A stretch of DNA of 63,089 nucleotides, the filler included, from Actinomycetales bacterium (GTDB lineage Bacteria; Actinomycetota; Actinomycetes; Actinomycetales; CAVURS01), in assembly GCA_045807245.1 (NCBI GenBank). It is 5 parts of 5 records of this genome, joined end to end, with 100 filler letters (N's around TTAATTAATTAA, not from the genome) between each part and the next. Parts side by side here need not be neighbours in the genome. Positions count along the whole stretch, not along the records: positions 59,703 to 61,363 come from JBJMHS010000020.1; positions 61,464 to 63,089 come from JBJMHS010000061.1; 3 more parts are not named here. The stretch is one strand, 5' to 3'. The position numbers and the translations under genes are program-made. Shown piece after piece: positions 59,704-63,089 of the stretch (position 1 is its first letter; every line of letters starts with the position of its first letter). The notes beneath the pieces were generated by a model. It was not told where the DNA came from, did no database searches, and saw only the letters and a list, made by a program, of their open reading frames with translations.

Positions 59704-60804
59704 ATCACGCAGAAGGGAGTGGCCTACAACCGCACGGGGGCGTTCAGCTTCAGCGCCACGGCGCCGTTCACGCTGACGTCCTGGGCGCCGAACATCGACG
59801 GGACCGTCAACTCCATCGGGTTCGTCAACGGGGACTGCTCCTCGGCGTACATCGGGGGCAAGTTCACGACGGTCAACGGCACGGCCGCCAGCAACCTCGC
59901 CAAGATCAGTACGTCGACGGGCAACGTCGACGCTACGTTCAAGCACTCGGCGGGCAGCCAGGTGGCGACCGTCCTCGGTTGGAACGGGCATGTGTTTGTC
60001 GGCGGCTACTTCAAGAAGGTCAACGGCAACACGAACGCGTACTACGCGAGCCTGAACCCGACGACCGGCAACGACGACGGGTACATCTCGCTGAACATCT
60101 CGGGCAACTACCAGTTCCCGGGAGTGGGGAGCAACCCCACCCGGGTCTACAACCAGCAGCTCAGCCACTCGGGCAACAAGCTGCTGGTCGAGGGTGACTT
60201 CACCTCGGTGGGCGGGCAGTCGCGCCAGCAGATCTTCATGCTCGACCTGGGGCCGACGTCCGCCACGCTGAACTCCTGGAACTCCAACGAGTTCTACGTG
60301 AACTGCCACTACAGCGAAGCATTCTTCCTGCAGGACGCCGCCTGGTCGGTCGACGACCAGAAGGTGTTCGTCGCAACGACCGGCTACAAGCCGGCCGGGT
60401 CCTCGACCTCGATCCCACGCAGCGGGCTGTGCGACGCCGCCGCGGCCTTCCCGGCCACCGGCAGCAATGCCAGCCACCTCTGGATCAACTACCCCGGTTG
60501 TGACTCGTTGTACTCGGTCTCGGCAGACGCCACGACCGTCTATGTTGCCGGCCACGAGCGGTGGGCCAACAACTCGTTCGGCTGTGACTACAAGGGTCCT
60601 GGAGCCATCAACGCTCCCGGCATGGTCGGACTGTCGGTCTCCACCGGCGCCGTCACCTGGAACCCGGGCCGCGGCCGCGGCAAGGGCGCCGACGACATGG
60701 TCATCACCGACGCCGGTCTGTGGATCGGCAGCGACAACGCGCAGAACACCAACATGTGCGCCGGCAAGTTCGGCTTGGCCGGCATCTGCTTCATCCCCTA
60801 CTGA
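59704..60804 (+). CDS. Extracellular beta-propeller protein, 5'-truncated
   Basis: Repeated Y/F-V-GG-x-F-T blades, Asn/Gly/Cys-rich, GLWIGSD; frame open from contig start. Confidence 0.75.
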   Translation: MTQKGVAYNRTGAFSFSATAPFTLTSWAPNIDGTVNSIGFVNGDCSSAYIGGKFTTVNGTAASNLAKISTSTGNVDATFKHSAGSQVATVLGWNGHVFVGGYFKKVNGNTNAYYASLNPTTGNDDGYISLNISGNYQFPGVGSNPTRVYNQQLSHSGNKLLVEGDFTSVGGQSRQQIFMLDLGPTSATLNSWNSNEFYVNCHYSEAFFLQDAAWSVDDQKVFVATTGYKPAGSSTSIPRSGLCDAAAAFPATGSNASHLWINYPGCDSLYSVSADATTVYVAGHERWANNSFGCDYKGPGAINAPGMVGLSVSTGAVTWNPGRGRGKGADDMVITDAGLWIGSDNAQNTNMCAGKFGLAGICFIPY

Positions 60805-60930
60805 ACGATCGAGTCGCGGGCGCCCGCCGGACAGCGAACCAGGCCTGAGGGATCTCCGACTACTGGCCGTCCCTCACGCTCGCACGACTACCTCGACTGA
60901 AGCGCGACCAGCCCCCCTGTCCTTTGACAG

Positions 60931-60974
60931 GCCGAACCGCTGACCGGCATAGGGGACCCGGTCAGCGGTTCGGC
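60931..60974. terminator. Long hairpin between convergent genes (terminator or part of structured RNA)
   Basis: 17-bp perfect stem gccgaaccgctgaccgg / ccggtcagcggttcggc, 10-nt loop. Confidence 0.7.
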
Positions 60975-61019
60975 TGTGGTGATCCCGCTCGGGGGGGACG
61001 GGACCAGTCGATGGGCCGG

Positions 61020-61363
61020 TCAGTGACCGCCGGGGTGTGAGGTCGGGGAGCCGTGCCCGGGGTGGCTGGTGGGAGAGCCGTGGCCGGGATGGGAGGTCGG
61101 GGAGCCGTGGCCGGGATGCGATGTCGGGGAGCCGGAGTCCTCGGTGGAGCCGCCGCCGGGCTTGACGATCGTGGCGCAGTAGGCCTGGATGCCGTCTGCG
61201 CCTCCTGCGGCGGTGGCCAGGTTGCGGTAGGCCACTGAGGCGGTGGCCAGGCCGCCGTGGGTCCAGGCGTTGCACAGGCCGAATGCGGCCGGGCCGGTTG
61301 CGTCCGGGCCCACGCCGTGGGTTGTCGAGGGTGTGCCGGTGGGGGAGTCCGTCGGGGTGCCGG
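61020..61363 (-). CDS. C-terminal fragment of secreted/membrane protein with SPTSHPG repeats
   Basis: GPDATGPAAFGLCNAW..NLATAAGGADGIQAYC; frame open from contig end. Confidence 0.7.
61024..61135 (-). repeat. 27-bp coding tandem repeat x4 (GSPTSHPGH)
   Basis: Four SPTSHPG units in translation with synonymous divergence. Confidence 0.85.
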
Positions 61364-61463
61364 NNNNNNNNNNNNNNNNNNNNNNNNNNNNNNNNNNNNN
61401 NNNNNNNTTAATTAATTAANNNNNNNNNNNNNNNNNNNNNNNNNNNNNNNNNNNNNNNNNNNN
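61364..61463. other. Artificial contig spacer
   Basis: N-run with TTAATTAATTAA. Confidence 0.99.
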
Positions 61464-61465
61464 AC

Positions 61466-61975
61466 AAGGTCAACCCGCCGCTACGCACCGACGAGGACGT
61501 GCACGCCCTTCGGGCGGCCCTCGCCGACGGGACGATCGACGCGGTCGCGACCGACCACGCGCCGCACGCCAGTGAGGACAAGGACTGCGAGTGGGCGGCG
61601 GCCGCCTTCGGCATGACCGGCCTGGAGACGGCGCTGTCGGTGGTCCAGGAGGCGATGGTGGACACCGGCCTGCTCGACTGGGCCGGCGTGGCGGACCGTA
61701 TGTCGGTGCGGCCGGCGCGCATCGGGCGGCTCTCCGGCCACGGCCGGCGCCTCGAGGCCGGCGCACCGGCCAACCTGACGCTGGTCGACCCGGCGGCCCG
61801 CTGGGTAGTGCGCGCCGAGGCCATGGCCACCCAGGGCCGCAACACGCCGTACGCCGGCCGGACCCTGCCCGGACGGGTCGTGGCGACGTTCCTGCGCGGC
61901 CGGGCCACGGTGCTCGACGGGACCGCCGTCGGGCGCGACGAACGACCGGCCCGGACGGGGGAGGACGCGGCGTGA
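61466..61975 (+). CDS. pyrC: Dihydroorotase, 5'-truncated
   Basis: [28 protein letters not shown]. Confidence 0.95.
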   Translation, partial: KVNPPLRTDEDVHALRAALADGTIDAVATDHAPHASEDKDCEWAAAAFGMTGLETALSVVQEAMVDTGLLDWAGVADRMSVRPARIGRLSGHGRRLEAGAPANLTLVDPAARWVVRAEAMATQGRNTPYAGRTLPGRVVATFLRGRATVLDGTAVGRDERPARTGEDAA

Positions 61976-63089
61976 GCGGGCCGGCGGTGCTGGTGCTCGA
62001 GGACGGCCGGACCTTCCACGGCGAGGCGTTCGCGGCGGTCGGGCTGACGGTCGGCGAGGCCGTGTTCACGACCGGGATGACGGGTTACCAGGAGACGCTC
62101 ACCGACCCGAGCTACCACCGCCAGGTCGTCGTGCAGACCGCGCCGCACATCGGCAACACGGGCGTCAACGACGAGGACGGCGAGTCGGCCCGCATCTGGG
62201 TGGCCGGGTACGTCGTTCGTGACCCGTCGCCGCGACCGTCCTCCTGGCGGTCGCGGCGCACGCTGGAGGAAGACCTGGTGGCCCAGGGGGTGGTCGGGAT
62301 CAGTGGCATCGACACCCGAGCCCTCACCCGCCACCTGCGCGAGCGTGGCGCGATGCGGGTCGGCGTGTTCTCCGGCGACGCCGCGAGCGCCCGGCCGGAG
62401 GAACTGCTGGCGGCGGTGCTGTCGGCTCCCGAGATGGCCGGGGCGCAGCTCGCCGAAGAGGTCAGTACGGCGACGCCGTACGTCGTGGAAGCGTTGGGCC
62501 CCAAGCGGTTCACCGTGGCGGCGCTGGACCTGGGCATCAAGGCCATGACCCCGCACCGCATGGCCGAGCGCGGCATCCAGGTGCACGTGCTTCCGGCGAC
62601 GTCGACGGTCGACGAGGTGCTCGCGGTCGGGCCGGACGGCGTGTTCTTCTCCAACGGCCCGGGTGACCCCTCGACGGCCGACCTCCAGGTGGCCCTCCTG
62701 CGCCAGGTGCTCTCCCGGGGCATCCCGTTCTTCGGCATCTGCTTCGGCAACCAGCTGCTCGGTCGGGCCCTGGGGCTGGGGACGTTCAAGCTCGGCTACG
62801 GCCACCGTGGCATCAACCAGCCGGTCATGGACCGCACGACCGGCAAGGTGGAGGTGACGGCCCACAACCACGGCTTCGCCGTCGAGGCGCCCCTCGACGG
62901 GCGGCTCGAGACGCCGTACGGGCTGGTGGAGGTGTCACACGTCTGCCTCAACGACGACGTCGTGGAGGGCCTGCGGGTCAGCGCGCCGGACGGCCGGGTG
63001 ACGGCGTTCTCCGTCCAGTACCACCCCGAGGCCGCGGCCGGGCCGCACGACGCCGGGTACCTGTTCGACCGGTTCGCCGATCTGATGGC
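61972..63089 (+). CDS. carA: Carbamoyl-phosphate synthase small subunit, 3'-truncated (absent from ORF track)
   Basis: [49 protein letters not shown]. Confidence 0.97.
   Translation, partial: MSGPAVLVLEDGRTFHGEAFAAVGLTVGEAVFTTGMTGYQETLTDPSYHRQVVVQTAPHIGNTGVNDEDGESARIWVAGYVVRDPSPRPSSWRSRRTLEEDLVAQGVVGISGIDTRALTRHLRERGAMRVGVFSGDAASARPEELLAAVLSAPEMAGAQLAEEVSTATPYVVEALGPKRFTVAALDLGIKAMTPHRMAERGIQVHVLPATSTVDEVLAVGPDGVFFSNGPGDPSTADLQVALLRQVLSRGIPFFGICFGNQLLGRALGLGTFKLGYGHRGINQPVMDRTTGKVEVTAHNHGFAVEAPLDGRLETPYGLVEVSHVCLNDDVVEGLRVSAPDGRVTAFSVQYHPEAAAGPHDAGYLFDRFADLM

Overview
High-GC actinomycete DNA (Actinomycetota; genus not determinable). The window is five contigs joined by artificial N/TTAATTAATTAA spacers (19971-20070, 45334-45433, 59603-59702, 61364-61463), so adjacency across spacers is not biological evidence. 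Core content: groEL, WXG100 protein, PhoPR-like two-component system with HtrA, XPB helicase and its partner, Prim-PolC, MMPL/MarR, Fe-S oxidoreductase, dcd, tRNA-Gly(CCC), a sugar-phosphate cluster, trmH, fbaA, purA, pyrC and carA. Strongest leads: (1) a four-gene operon at 48974-55113 (fatty-acyl-CoA reductase-HAD fusion, Zn dehydrogenase, LarA-like protein, PlsC-type acyltransferase) that could be an ether/alkyl-lipid pathway; (2) a locus at 23791-34492 (quaternary-amine ABC importer, MIO-less ammonia-lyase, thiol dioxygenase, amidohydrolase, regulators) that fits ergothioneine uptake and oxidative catabolism; (3) two DUF222 elements with a conserved ~130-nt leader containing a perfect PafBC/RecA-NDp promoter; (4) candidate C-rich-loop small RNAs, PhoP-type boxes and a pseudo-receiver. 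All calls come from reading motifs by eye; no searches were run.
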